The notes beneath the pieces are model-generated. The model worked only from the letters and a program-made list of their open reading frames with translations, made no database searches and was not told the DNA's origin. A stretch of 64,000 nucleotides of DNA from Trichodelitschia bisporula (lineage: Eukaryota), in the NCBI GenBank assembly GCA_010356995.1, contig ML996688.1, positions 682,001 through 746,000 on the forward strand, read 5' to 3'. The position numbers and the translations under genes are program-made. Within the stretch, counting starts at the first letter, position 1; every line of letters starts with the position of its first letter. Below are positions 35,741-49,006 of this stretch, one piece after another.

Positions 35741-37101
35741 ATGGTTTCAGAAGACACCCCCCAAACGGCTCCCATAAACACCTCAGCCAACACCTACAGC
35801 GCCTACCAAAGTGAAATATACTACAAGGGCATGTTCCTCAGCACTCTCCCCCTCGTAACAACCGACCCAAACAAGCTAGAGGCCCAGGCAAAGGAGCATC
35901 TGTCCGCGAAGAGCTATGCCTACGTGGCTGGCGGGGCGGGTGAGCGCGCAACCATGGACGCTAACCGGCTCGCCTTCCGGCAGTGGAAGCTCATCCCGCG
36001 CATGCTTCGCTCCTCCCCAGTCTCCCTTCAGACCACACTCTTCGGTCACACCCACCCGTCACCCCTTATTTTATGTCCCATCGGCGTTCAGCGCATCTTC
36101 TACCCGGACGGCGAATGCGCCACCGCGCGCGCTGCCGCCGCGGTTCGTGTACCGTATACACTGAGCACGGCGGCTAGCTCCACCATTGAACAGGTCGCTG
36201 ACGCGATGGGCGATGCGCACCGGTGGTACCAGCTGTACTGGCCAAAGACAGACGAGATCACAATTTCTGTATTCCCCCCGGCCCGGCTCGAGGAGCATAA
36301 ATAATGCGAGTTCAGTTGCTTACCCGCGCGAAAAAGGCTGGCTACTCCGTCCTAGTCGTAACGCTGGACACACCCGCACTGGCCTGGCGGCCATGGGACT
36401 TGGTGCGTCCCCCCTTTCACCTTTCAGACCCACTTTCACCCCCCCCCCCCCTAACCCAGGCCTAGGACCAAGGGTATATCCCCTTTGTCACCGGGCTGGG
36501 CAACGAAGTCGGCTTCTCGGACCCAGCTTTTCAGCGCATCTTCCGCGCCGCCCATGGTAAAGATCCAGCCGATGACATCACCGCTGCATCACTTGCCTGG
36601 GCGCAGGACGTTTTCTCAGGCCGAGGGCATACCTGGGACGATCTGCGCCTGCTACGCGAGCACTGGAGCGGCCCAATCGTGCTTAAGGGGATTCAGCACG
36701 TGGATGATGCGCGGGCCGCGGTTGAGGCGGGGGTGGATGGGATAGTAGTCTCCAACCATGGCGGGCGGCAGGTGGATGGGGCGATTGGCAGCTTGTCCGT
36801 GTTGTCTGAGATCGTGGATGCCGTGGGTGACAAACTGACGGTGCTCTTTGACTCCGGCGTGCGGACAGGCGTGGATGTGATCAAGGCGCTGTGTTTGGGG
36901 GCCAAGGGGGTTCTGCTGGGCCGACCGTGGGTGTATGGCCTCGCCATCGGGGGGCAGAAGGGTGTGGAGCAGGTGGTGAAGGGGTTGTTGGCGGATACGG
37001 AGCAGAGTATGGGGCTCGCCGGGATTGCGGGCGTCGACGGGTGTACGCGGGATATGCTGCGCTTCGTGGAGTACTCTGGGGACCGGGCCAGTTCGAACTG
37101 A
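35741..37101 (+). CDS. FMN-dependent alpha-hydroxy acid dehydrogenase (lactate 2-monooxygenase-like)
   Basis: Introns 36269-36315 and 36403-36465. YVAGGAG, ANRLAFRQWKLIPRML, PIGVQ, WYQLYWP, VVTLD, VSNHGGRQVDG and DSGVRTG. Confidence 0.93.
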
Positions 37102-37223
37102 ATTAGAATTACATGGTTAAGCGCCGCGATGGACGCTCTTACTCTGTATGGTACATTGCAATGATGCCGCCGGTAAACGCCCGTATGCTCTCTAAAAGTG
37201 CGCAATGATCAAAACACCACCCT

Positions 37224-39476
37224 CTAGTCGGACATGCGCTTCGCCTTGCGCTTCCGGCCTCGCGTGACGATCCCTTCACTCTCAGGCTCGCTCTCGGCCC
37301 CATTCCCATTCGCCTCGTCCTGCACCTCCGCATCATCGTCCTCCCCCTCCCGCGCACTCATCACAAAGCGCAACTTCGTCCCCGGCGCCTCCTTCCTCCC
37401 CTTACTCGTCAGCTTCAACCGCGGAAAAGTCTGAGGAGAACCCGGTACCTCGGGCTCCGTCATGTTCGACACCGGCGCCGGTGCCGGCGCATACGGGCTC
37501 TTATACGGCCCCTTCTTCCCGGCACTCGGCAGCATCCCTAAACTCGCACTCCTCACACTCCCTCCCCCACTACCTCCCTTCTTAACCCACGGCGTGCGCA
37601 CCCCTGTCCCAGCACTGTCACCGTCGGCAGGAACAGCAGCGTAGGGACTCATATACCCCTTCGCATACGGCGACGCGTAGGCCGGCTTGAAAGCGGGCGG
37701 GAAGAGCCCCGACCCAGACGCCGGGGCGCTCGCAGCTTTCGACTCCGTCGCAACCGGCGTTTCCATGGCTGGGGCATTCGGACTCCTCGTAGTGGTGCGG
37801 GCGCGCTTTGCGGGTGGGGAAGGCGAATCGCCCACAGTTTCTTCGGTGGCCGAGTTGTCGAGCGCGGCAGCTTTGCGGGCTGAGCGGGTGAGCATGGTTA
37901 GCGTTGTTGTTGAGGGAGTAGGTGCGGGGGTGGGTGGGGAAGGAGCGGTACGGGAGGAAGCGCGGTGGGTGCGCAGGCCGCGGCGGCGTACGGGAGTGGG
38001 GTCTTCTTCTGCATCATCTACCTGCTGTTCTTCCTCGATGGGGTCGTCGTTCGCGGGTTCTTCCTCGATGGGTTCTTCGTTCGCAGTTTCATCGTCTGAG
38101 GAGTCTCCTGCGAGGGCGAGGAGGTTGCCGACTGCGGTACTGAATGCGGATTTGCCGGGGGCGAGGTCGGCCCAGGTTAGGGGGGTGGTAGAGGCAGTGG
38201 CGTCTTCTTCCGAGGCATCTTGCGTGGTAATAGCTGTAGGAATGCTGGCAGCATCGCCACGTCCGCGGGCCCGACTACCACGGGGACGGCCGACTCGACC
38301 GCGGGTTTGACCGGCTCGACCACGGCGACGGCCGGCGCGGCCGCGGGATTTGGGAGGGTCTGGCTGAGGTAATTCGGCCGGCGTTTCGGTAGAGGGATCA
38401 GGAGCTGCAGTAGTGGGTGCAACGGTCGGCGTAGCGGTAGCGGCGCCACGTCCACGCCCTCGGCTGCCGCGTGGACGACCGACTCTACCGCGACCCGGTG
38501 GACGCCCAACACGGCCTCCTCTGCTGCCGGGGCCTCTAAGCGGGCGAGCTGGGGCTGTGACGTTATCCTCTGGAGAGGGAGAGGATGATTGTGCGTCATT
38601 ATCATTTGCGTCTTCTTCTTCTGTGTCGAATACGTGTGTGAGGGGGCCCGCGTCTGACATGGTAATGTCGCCGTCGTCATCGTTGGGTTCTTCCTCGGCA
38701 GCTTCCTCATGCTCGGCGGCTTCTTCAACCTCAACTTCGGCGTCGGAATGCTGGGCTTCCTCATCTGCCTCCTCGTCGCTTCCTTCATCTACTTCCTCTT
38801 CTGCTTCGTCGGGTTCGGATGGGGGAACATTGATCGCACTCCAACCACTGCTTTTACCAGCCCTAGCACCGACAACGGATCCGCCTCGAACCCGACCGCG
38901 TCCACGGCCGCGTCCCCGCGTAGAACCCCGCGTAGAACCCCGCGAAGAATCCTGAGCGGCAGTTGAGACCGGTGCAGCACTAACTCCCCTACCACGCCCA
39001 CGCGCTCTGCTCGCACGACTACGAGACGACGGACGACCACCCCGTCCACGACCACGACCGCGAGCACGGCTGCGAGAAGTCGGTTCCGGGTCAGCTGGTT
39101 CCTCAGAGGTGGCGTCGGCGGCCGAGTCCTCAGCGGCGGAATCCTCAGCGGCCAAGTCCTCAGTGGCCGATTCCGTAGTGGTCGGTTCCGTAGTAGCTGG
39201 GGCGGGAGTCGTAGTTCCGGGCGTCGTAGTTGCGAGAGTGATGGGGGAAGGCGCGACTAAGGGCCTGGTGGCGTTAGTAGCTTCAGCAGGTCGATCCTTG
39301 GGAGAGATGGCCCGCTGCGTTTGGTTCCCAGATGCAGCCCCGGTGGATGAGCCTGTGGTTGCCGCGGCGGAGTTTGTTGCTGAAGAGCGATTTCTACGAG
39401 ACTGGCGAAAGTCTAGGACTGACATGAACTCTGCCATGGGCGCCGCCGTGCTAGCGGGGATTTGTGGGGTTGGCAT
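37224..39476 (-). CDS. 750-aa intrinsically disordered RG-rich/acidic protein with AT-hook-like GRP motifs and C-terminal NLS-like tail
   Basis: Single long ORF; GRVGRPPGRGRVGRPRGSRGRGRG and RGRVGRPRGSRARGRG, acidic E/D tracts, ends RGRKRKAKRMSD. Confidence 0.7.
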   Translation of the reverse strand: MPTPQIPASTAAPMAEFMSVLDFRQSRRNRSSATNSAAATTGSSTGAASGNQTQRAISPKDRPAEATNATRPLVAPSPITLATTTPGTTTPAPATTEPTTTESATEDLAAEDSAAEDSAADATSEEPADPEPTSRSRARGRGRGRGGRPSSRSRASRARGRGRGVSAAPVSTAAQDSSRGSTRGSTRGRGRGRGRVRGGSVVGARAGKSSGWSAINVPPSEPDEAEEEVDEGSDEEADEEAQHSDAEVEVEEAAEHEEAAEEEPNDDDGDITMSDAGPLTHVFDTEEEDANDNDAQSSSPSPEDNVTAPARPLRGPGSRGGRVGRPPGRGRVGRPRGSRGRGRGAATATPTVAPTTAAPDPSTETPAELPQPDPPKSRGRAGRRRGRAGQTRGRVGRPRGSRARGRGDAASIPTAITTQDASEEDATASTTPLTWADLAPGKSAFSTAVGNLLALAGDSSDDETANEEPIEEEPANDDPIEEEQQVDDAEEDPTPVRRRGLRTHRASSRTAPSPPTPAPTPSTTTLTMLTRSARKAAALDNSATEETVGDSPSPPAKRARTTTRSPNAPAMETPVATESKAASAPASGSGLFPPAFKPAYASPYAKGYMSPYAAVPADGDSAGTGVRTPWVKKGGSGGGSVRSASLGMLPSAGKKGPYKSPYAPAPAPVSNMTEPEVPGSPQTFPRLKLTSKGRKEAPGTKLRFVMSAREGEDDDAEVQDEANGNGAESEPESEGIVTRGRKRKAKRMSD

Positions 39477-41003
39477 TGCTACACAGTATCAGGGTTTTCT
39501 AAACTCAATGATTAGGGAGCGGTTTCATAGAGAGAATGGTTGTGATGATGTTCAGGTATAGAGCAGATATGAACATAAAAATGTATACAAGTATAGTGAG
39601 AGACTTGGCGCAAAATTAGTGCATACAAAAAGAGAAGGAGCTATGCTTGTGGTAATCGATATCGCGTCAACCAATATCACCCTCCAAGCATGGACGTTGA
39701 TGTCTTGGTGCGGTGCTTAGGCCATGACCAGGTGCGAATGATCAAATGGAACACAAAGAGCATCAACTAAGAAAAGACAAGCAGAGCAAAGAGGACAAAG
39801 TGCGCAGCAACTAAAATCACTTACGTCAAATCAACCTTCGTCTCTGTCTCGGTCTGTTCGCCCGCTTCCACGACGTCTCTTCTCCTTCCCACGGCTGCAC
39901 GCCGTCCAGCACGTGAATGGGTGTTCAAACACAGCTGAGGATGTCGTCTAATATTCACAGTCAGGGTCTATGAAGTCGCAATAATTTCAGTGCTTGACAC
40001 CGTCGTCTGCACGTGCCTTCGAAGCCACGATGGTGTCACGGCGAAGGGCAAAAGTGACTTGAAAAGGAATTTTGAACAGATTAGTAAAGCGGCCTGAGTG
40101 TAAAAGCAGACGAGTGACAATGTTAACACAAGCAAAAAAGCGGCTTTCGAAGGTGTTGAGTTTCTCAAGCTGATTGTGAAAGATGAAGCGAGAAGCGAAA
40201 GAGTGCACGTCTACTAGCAACGATCCCAAGATTTTCCCAATCCGGTCAAGCCCCGGATGGACGAAACGAGAAGGCGGTCGTTGCGGTACGCGGTACGCGT
40301 GGCAAGTTGACAACACAACGCAACGTGCATATACACATCACCTGGTCGTCCTTTGCAAAGACAAGCTTAAATTAAATCTTCTTGTGAAGCGCAGTTGCGC
40401 ACTTGCTTTCCCAAAATATTATGCTGCTACTTCTCACCGCTCTGCTCCTTTGCGACGCTCTTTCCATCGACATGCACCTGTTGCCTCTGGCCTTGGGCGT
40501 CAATGGCGGCCTCGTTGTCACTATCTAAGTGGCATGCAAAAAGTGAAGCGGATATTTGAAAGACCCGGATAGTAACCTTATGGATATCGTGAGGCAGAGA
40601 GCAGACCACAGTCAAAAGTGATCATAAAGGTTACATCTCCAGAACATCAAGGCGCCATCAACAGTAATCAATAAGCAAAGGACAGAAGGTGAAGATGCAC
40701 AAACAATTACTGCACAGGATATCTCAAACTACTGCTGCCCTTGGGTTACGATCCATAACCACGCTCATCCCAACCGAAGCCATACCGTTATAGCCCTAAC
40801 CATGCGCGCCCATGTGCCACCTCAAACTCATCCACACAACACAAAACCGTGCCACTTCGACTCCCAGTACCATCTGCGCCATGTGTCGCTCTAACCCATC
40901 CCCCATTTGACCGTAATGGTCAAGGAACCTGATTAAACGACTGTAAAATCGCGCTGACGAGCTGGCTGAGAAATCTCACAGACCAATCCACCGTTAAACG
41001 ACC

Positions 41004-42857
41004 TCAGATAAACCGCAACCGCTTGGCCAGTAAAATCATGAAGAGCACAAAGAAAACCAGGAAGCCCACAATCCCGAAGAACCAAGCCAAGCCGCCAGAG
41101 TCGCGTCCTGGTACCGGTACGTTCATGCCAAAGAGACCAGTCACAAGGTTCAGCGGCACCAAAATGGTACCCACCAGAGTGATGGTGCTGAACACCTTGT
41201 TGATGTTATTCCCCTGTTGCAGGCTCTCCACATTCAGTTGCCCGAGGAAGTTTGCATGCAGCCGGCTCAGTACTTGCTCTGTGTGGGTCAGGTTGTCTCG
41301 CATCGTCATGACGTGGTCCTGGATATCGCTGAGATAGAGGCCCACATCGCCACGCGGCGCCGACTCGTACTGCTCGTTGCACCGCTTCGCAAAACCCTTG
41401 ATGACGTCCGGCTTTGAGCCTAGCAAACGTAGCAGTGACATTGCCTTCTTGCGGCAGTCAGAGATGGCGCGCAGAATGGGACTTGCATCGACCGACGTGG
41501 CGATGAACACTTGATCCTCGATATTGTCGGCCTCCACCTCGACGTCGCGGATCACAGGCATGAAGGTATCGACGATATCGTCGATGAGTGCATAACAGAT
41601 CCAGTCAGCACTCAGCTGCATGTAATCCCGCAACCGGCTTATGCGCTTGCAAACATTCTTCGTATGCGGGTGCGCGTCGAAGCTGAAAGTGAGAAGACCC
41701 TCGCGGAACACCACGGCAAAGACCTTGACAGCTTCCATGTAGTCCTCGCTGGTTTTGTCCATTTGATGGAAGGAGGTGAAGCTGACAAAATAGTACGTCT
41801 TGAACAACTCCACCTTCTCGCGTGACTCCTTGGTCGTGATGTCCTCCCGCGTCAGTGGATGCACACCAAACGCCTTGCAGAGTGCCGTAACCTCTTCATC
41901 TGTCGGATTGACTGCGTCGAGCCACCAGCACCCTCCGTCAGGCCCGAGGCGGAAAAGGCCCTCGAACGACTCCCCATCCTCGAGCAAGCCACCAATAGTT
42001 GTTGCATGGATAGTGTCGTCCAGTTCGGAGGAGAAGAAGGTCCAAAAGCGGCGCACATTCTCTACCGAACGCCGGTCGGCCGAAGTAGCCCTACACTGCG
42101 GGAGCTTCTCCAGGTCGGAGAGGTCCACATCCGAACCCTTGGGGGGTGGCGATTCGGTGCGGTCCGGCGTGGCCACCTTCCCTTTGCCAACGACGCTTCC
42201 AGATCGGCCTAGTTCCGTCTCTTCAACAAACTCATGGAGTTCCTCGAAATCGATGCGGTGCTCGTCGCTACGACCATCGTCTGACTGCGGATAGCACACG
42301 TCATCCTCGGCGGAAGCGTGGCTGCTACCTTCCGCGGCGTCATCGTCTTTGCTCTCGCTGAAAGTGGGCCGGCGCCGGTGCGTTTCGCCGGAAGTAGTTC
42401 GGTGAAGCGCCAAATCCACCGACGACCGGCGGCTAGTCACTGTGTTGGCCCGTTCCCGACGGCGTGACTGGTCAGCAAATGCATGCACTGAGTTGGGAGG
42501 CGACGGGGAGCTGCTCCCTGACGAGGAGTCGTCCCGGGTGTTGCGACGGAACGCGTTGCGCCGGCCGCGCTGAGAGGGGCGACGGGCGAGGGGCGTCTGG
42601 CCTCCCGGAGAGGGTGGGGCGCTACGCTCATCGTCGATAATGGCATGCTCGAAATCGCGCACCGTCATGCCATTAGCAAGGTCCACATGCAGCAAGCCCG
42701 GGCGGTCCTGATTGATGGTGCTCCGGCGCGTCGCAAGAGGAGTCTGAGGCGGCGGGATGTAGAGCGTGGTTTCCACGCGAGGGACCTGGGCCGCCTGTTG
42801 ACGATGGTCATCCAGATTGGGGCTGCCGGAGCCGATAATGCGGGCGTTGTCCGTCAT
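41004..42857 (-). CDS. CorA-family Mg2+ transporter (Alr-type)
   Basis: WWLDAVNPT, FGVHPLTREDI, REKVELF, DWICYALIDDIVD, LYLSDIQDH, GLFGMNVPVPG (GMN motif) and two C-terminal TM helices. Confidence 0.93.
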   Translation of the reverse strand: MTDNARIIGSGSPNLDDHRQQAAQVPRVETTLYIPPPQTPLATRRSTINQDRPGLLHVDLANGMTVRDFEHAIIDDERSAPPSPGGQTPLARRPSQRGRRNAFRRNTRDDSSSGSSSPSPPNSVHAFADQSRRRERANTVTSRRSSVDLALHRTTSGETHRRRPTFSESKDDDAAEGSSHASAEDDVCYPQSDDGRSDEHRIDFEELHEFVEETELGRSGSVVGKGKVATPDRTESPPPKGSDVDLSDLEKLPQCRATSADRRSVENVRRFWTFFSSELDDTIHATTIGGLLEDGESFEGLFRLGPDGGCWWLDAVNPTDEEVTALCKAFGVHPLTREDITTKESREKVELFKTYYFVSFTSFHQMDKTSEDYMEAVKVFAVVFREGLLTFSFDAHPHTKNVCKRISRLRDYMQLSADWICYALIDDIVDTFMPVIRDVEVEADNIEDQVFIATSVDASPILRAISDCRKKAMSLLRLLGSKPDVIKGFAKRCNEQYESAPRGDVGLYLSDIQDHVMTMRDNLTHTEQVLSRLHANFLGQLNVESLQQGNNINKVFSTITLVGTILVPLNLVTGLFGMNVPVPGRDSGGLAWFFGIVGFLVFFVLFMILLAKRLRFI

Positions 42858-44524
42858 TGCGAATAAATGCCTCGCTGGCTGCCGGATGCGGTTAGATCAA
42901 GTAGTAACCCGGCAGCGCTCTCACAGCCAAGGCCTGTGCAGGAGTGGAGGAGCGACAGGAGCTGTGCACTCTACCGCGAAGCGCGTGCGACAAAGCCGAA
43001 GATCCGAGAGGGTAGTGATGGAAAAGGTGAGCCGCTGCGAGCGCTCACCGAGTGAGGTTGCCCAATTTGACCGGACGGCTTCGCGTAGGGGCTCCCCTAC
43101 ACTCAGCCGAGGAGTGATGACCCAAGAGATAGGCGAAGAGATGGAATTCCAGTTGGACGCGAGATGCTGATCTTCAAGGTGAACAAAGATTCAAAGCGAT
43201 AAACGCAGCTTCGGTTCTTGTCAGTGACAAGTTACGGAGGCTTCGTGTCGCCTCCAATGACCCAAACTTTTGGGCCCAAGAGAGGGCGAATGAACGAGAA
43301 ACGGAATGCGTAGAGTCCCGCCAACTTGATGGTTTTGATGGGTCTGAACGCCGAGGCGCCGGGAAGGAGCAAGCTGTGCGGGGTTTTGCAGCGTAAGTTT
43401 GTGAGAGCGAGCTCAGAAACACTTAATGTAGTCCGAGAAAGCGAGGGCGAATTTTGCAGCGGAGGAGTGAGTTGGAGGAGTGGGGTTGTTGTTGTTATTT
43501 GGTGGGATGGCGGGCATGAGCGAGGGTGAGAGAGAAGGGTGAAAGGGTCGGTGCGGTAGCGGCAACGTCTTGGCTATGGAAAAATGTTTCTTTGGCCCGC
43601 CCCACAACACCAACTGGTCTACCCACGGGACTCTCAGCCTCTCGGGACGGAATCAGGATTCAAGGACAACAAACAATGGCAAGTGACGCTGACACGAAAG
43701 AACTGGGTCGTAAGCCTTTGTTGTAGTTCTTTTGGGAAGTTCCTGAGGCGAAGGGTGCATCTAAGACAATAGCACAGAAAGGGGGGTTTCGTCAGTATTG
43801 ATAGAAGAGCAGAGAAAGCAACTAAAAGGCGAGAGAGGAGGCGGCGGCATAAGGGCGGGGATAGGGTATTGATATTCAGCCTCTTGTATTCGGTCTTCTT
43901 TTAGCGCCCGACAAGTACTCCGTAGGTAGAAGTTGTCAGGCTTCTGCGACCTATGTGCGCCTGAGCTCCAGGAATTTTCTTTGCTGCCGCTTGATGACTC
44001 GGCCTTTTGTTGCGACAAGGAGTGCCTGACCATTGGAGACGACTCCTGGTACGTACTTTACAGTCGCCGAGTGAGCTACATATCCGTAGTGGCAAAGACG
44101 TAATTCATACGTAGGCTGCTCTTCAGCTTACAACCCAATTCTCAGAGCTGCAGAGCACCAATGTCATGGCCTTTATTGTATGCACAATGTTACTACTGTA
44201 GTTGTACCGCACCGGGAGTTTGTGGATACACGCAGTGTGATGATGATGTGCATCGCGTCGCATTGGTGTAGTTCTCTACTGTAGTACAGACGCTTTATTA
44301 CCCACTCATTTCGTGTCATGCCCGCACCGCCACACCCCTTTGGTTTCCACCAGCCATACTCTCCATGTCATACGGGATAGGCTGAGCGCTATTGGTCGGC
44401 TCGCGGCGGCCCTTGCACCTCCCGCCTCCATCTCCGCATCTGCCCAGAGGCCACGATCGCGTTCCACTTGACCACGGAGGACTCCACGGTCCACACCCGC
44501 CTACCAGACAAACACGAATTCGTC

Positions 44525-44934
44525 ATGGCCGAAGAATTGCTCGACAAGGTGCGCGATGCCGTCGAGGCTCAAATTGTTCGTGTACCAGCCGTCCCCGTCT
44601 GCGCCATTTATGCTAATGGGCCTAGGACTTTGACGGTCAGCGTCTCGCTGAGCTTCTATACACGGTACTGCTAATCGCATCCGGCGTGCGTTCTTTTCTC
44701 CCCTGTCTACCTCGCTAGTCGACTGACCCCGCACAGGTTGTCGCCTTCATCTACGGTTATGCGACGGAGAATGTCTATAACTGCCTTTATGCAGGCCTTG
44801 CCGGCACAGCCTTGACCTTCCTCGTCGTCGTTCCGCCCTGGCCCTTCTTCAACAAGCACCCCGTAACCTGGCTACCTTCGAACAAGCTGTCAGGTGGTGT
44901 GAGCATCCAAGTGGATGGTAAAAAGGTCACTTGA
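44525..44934 (+). CDS. spc1: Signal peptidase complex subunit Spc1/SPC12
   Basis: Exons 44525-44575, 44626-44685 and 44737-44934: MAEELLDKVRDAVEAQIDFDGQRLAE...VVVPPWPFFNKHPVTWL. Confidence 0.92.
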
Positions 44935-45031
44935 GCAGCGGGAAAAAGGCGTCAGGCGCAACGGCTTCAGTTCATGAAATATCTAGTAGGACTAAAACAT
45001 ATATCCCATAACGCCGTCGCTCCGCGGGTCA

Positions 45032-45578
<547 letters not shown>

Positions 45579-46082
45579 GGCGGCTGGTGTTGGTGAAGAT
45601 ATAGGTGCGGGGGATGTCTGGGGTCGGAATGAAGGGTCGTCGTAGCAGCGGGACTGTTGGGGCAGCAAGCAGGAGAATCAGAGTTTGCTTTAATAAGGAC
45701 TTGTGAAGCTGCAGAAGGTAAGCACTCCGCGAAGGTCTGCTGGCTATAAAACGGCACTTACGTGCTTGGTTCTTGCCTTCTCTCCGACCAAACTGCACGT
45801 TCCAGCGGGGAATGCTAGAGAGGCGAGGCGGCCGGCCCGCATCAACCCCAGAACCGATCACGGCTTGGCACGGACCACGCCAAGGTTCAGAAGGCCAGGG
45901 GTGAGCGCGGAAGAACGTGGCTTTTTGGAGAGCTCATCCCAAAACCCCAAAAGGACACCACTCACTCTCTCCTGAAGACGACGTCTATATACTCCCGGGC
46001 GCACGTCTTCAGAACTTTACCACTTCTCCGTTCCTCCCCCTTCTTTAGCCCTTCTCGTAATCCCATCTTGGGCGGCGCCAAA

Positions 46083-47922
46083 ATGAGCGGTTGTTAGTAA
46101 CTCCCATCCCGTCTCGTGCTCCAATGTCGCCGTGAAATGCGTCGCGTGCGGGACTGACCATCAATTGCAGTACGGTTTCTCGACCTTATCAAGCCCTTCA
46201 CACCTCTCCTTCCCGAGATTGCCTCGCCGGAGACAAAGGTTCCCTTCAAGCAGGTGCGCGACTTGGACAGTTACCTGGCTGGAGCATTGCTAACTCTCCG
46301 TAGAAGCTGACATGGACGGGAGTGAGTGCTGCACGTATCTTGTGCCGACGAGTGCTGATGGTCTAGATCACTCTCCTCATCTTCCTGGTGATGAGCCAGA
46401 TGCCGTTGTACGGTATCGTGTCGTCTGACAGCTCTGATCCCCTCTACTGGTTGCGTGTCATGATGGCCTCAAATCGTGGAACGCTTATGGAGCTGGGTAC
46501 GCACATTCGAGATAGTATGTGCGCAATACTGATGAACTAGGTATCACGCCGATTATCACGTCGGGTATGGTCTTTCAGGTATGCGCTATGCGAGATTCCG
46601 CTCTCGGGAATCTCCGCTAACTCGTGCAGCTGCTTGCCGGTACTCACATCCTCGACATCGATATGAACCTGAAGACGGACCGCGAGTTGTATCAGACGGC
46701 TCAGAAGCGTATGTTTGGCGTGCCTAATTGCAATGCACCGCTGACCTTGCAGTGCTCGCCATCATCATGTCGTTCGGCCAGGCCTGCGTCTACGTGTTCT
46801 CCGGCCTCTACGGCCCCCCGTCTGAGCTCGGTCTTGGTATCTGCGTCCTCCTCGTGGTTCAGCTCGTCATTGCTGGTCTGATTGTCATCCTGCTCGACGA
46901 GCTGCTCCAGAAGGGGTACGGTCTGGGATCTGGCATCTCGCTCTTGTAAGTTTGCTTGTCTTGACCTTGAGGGCGTGGCTAACCTCTACAGCATTGCGAC
47001 CAACGTCTGCGAGCAGATTGTCTGGAAGGCGTTTAGCCCTACGACCATCAACACTGGCCGTGGTCCCGAGTTCGAGGGCGCCATCCTTGCGTTGGTGCAC
47101 CTGTTGGTCACTTGGCCCAACAAGCAGCTCGCTCTCCGCGAGGCATTCTTCCGCCAGAATCTGCCCAACATCATGAATTTGCTGGCCACCATTGCCATCT
47201 TTGCCGCCGTTATCTACCTGCAGGGCTTCCGCGTTGAGATCCCCGTCAAGTCCTCGCGCCAGCGTGGCATGCGCGGCAGCTACCCCGTGCGTCTGTTCTA
47301 CACGTCGAACATGCCCATTATGCTGCAATCGACCCTGTCGTCCAACATCTTCATTGTCTCGCAGATGCTGTACAGCCGCTTCTCTGAGAACCTGCTCGTG
47401 CGCCTCATCGGTGTCTGGGAGGCCAAGGAAGGCATGGGTGCTCAGCTCCACGCCGTGTCTGGTCTGACGTACTACTTGTCGCCGCCGTTCTCCGTCTCCG
47501 AGGCGCTGCTCGACCCCATCCACACTGCCGTCTATCTCGCGTATATGATCACTGCCTGCGCCATCTTCAGCAAGACTTGGGTTGAAGTCAGCGGCTCCGC
47601 TCCTCGCGATGTTGCTAAGCAGCTCAAAGAGCAGGGTCTCGTTATGGCTGGTCACCGCGAGCAATCCATGTACAAGGAGCTCAAGCGTGTCATTCCGACC
47701 GCTGCTGCCTTCGGTGGTGCCGTCATTGGTCTTCTGTCTGTCGCAAGTGATCTGATGGGTGCTCTGGGCTCTGGTACCTCGATTCTGCTTGCTGTGACGT
47801 ACGTTTACCCCTCTGCCTTTTGATGAACGTAAGCTAACAGTAACAGCATCATCTACAGCTACTTTGAGATTGCGGCCAAGGAGGGTGACATTGCCGGGTT
47901 GAAGGGTATGGTTATGGGCTAG
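46083..47922 (+). CDS. sec61: Protein transport protein Sec61 alpha subunit (9 exons)
   Basis: [63 protein letters not shown] and [16 protein letters not shown]; 8 canonical introns. Confidence 0.97.
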
Positions 47923-49006
47923 AATGTCTTCAGAAAAGTTCTACGGGCGATCTGCGACGGACGACAAAAAGCGGTAGAAAAAGCGTCTGGATTGTAGAGA
48001 TGTATTCTAGGCACTTGGTATGCATCGGCGGTGAGGTTTCACGAAGTGCGGGTGTATCTGTCTAGTATTTACTCGTTCCGCGATGACGTTTGGCACTGGC
48101 GCTTTGAGTCTACTGGCTGGCACGACTGGTGTATCTTAGTTTGAGGTTGGGAGGGAGGGGGGTTTCTGGCATCGGGTCTTGTTTGTAAAGTGAAACGGAG
48201 TTGATTTACGCTTGCGATGGGACTTGATTGAGATGTAGTGACTTCGTGTTGGGTGTCGAATGTTCGTGGATGCATGTTGATGAGTTCAGGGTGACTACGC
48301 AACGTAGTGACCAGGCAGTTTGAAGACCACGGGGGAGCTCGGACTCTGATACGGTACTGTAGATGAAATTGGGCATCATGAGACACAGCACGACAAGATA
48401 CGTAGCCTGACCTGCAACGTCTGCCACAACGGGTAATCAGCCACAACTGCATGACTCCACCAAGGACTGCTGCCAAGAGATAAATTGGCGATTGAAGGGA
48501 GCTGCGCCACAATTCAAACAACGAGGCGTTTGGGGCGCCAACAGAGCGGCTTTGTCGCCTCCTTCGCCATTCATTCCTCAGGCGCTCGGAGCCTTTCCTC
48601 CCCCTCACTTTCCCCCCCCAACACACACCCAGTCAACACTCGCCTCCTCAATCTCCTCTCCATTTTCACCCTCCTCTCTCACCTTGACATGCTCATTCTC
48701 TCACTCACAACGCTCGTAACATATCTCTCTCCCATAACTACATTCCTCCTTTTCCGGCCTTCACGTGTCTGGACATGATCTCGTCAGATCCAGGTTCTAC
48801 CATCTCATACGTCCCCTTCTATTGCTATCGGCACCCTTGCGCAACTGTGCGAACGAACTTCCTCACACCCACACAGCCAGCTTCTTGTGCTATCGCATCA
48901 CTGTAGCTCCTCGCCTAACCCCTCGACTCCAACCATCGCCATTGTCTTATCAGTGGAGTAATCGCATCCTCCTTTCATTTTTCACCATTCTCCACAAAGC
49001 AGCGCA

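Noticed and set aside
30888..37101. A dikaritin/ustiloxin-like RiPP cluster around the KEP gene
   Set aside because: No DUF3328/UstYa (HXXHC), tyrosinase, P450, methyltransferase or MFS gene recognised nearby. Neighbours (Mpv17, FMN oxidase) have no evident link, so linear peptides are more plausible.
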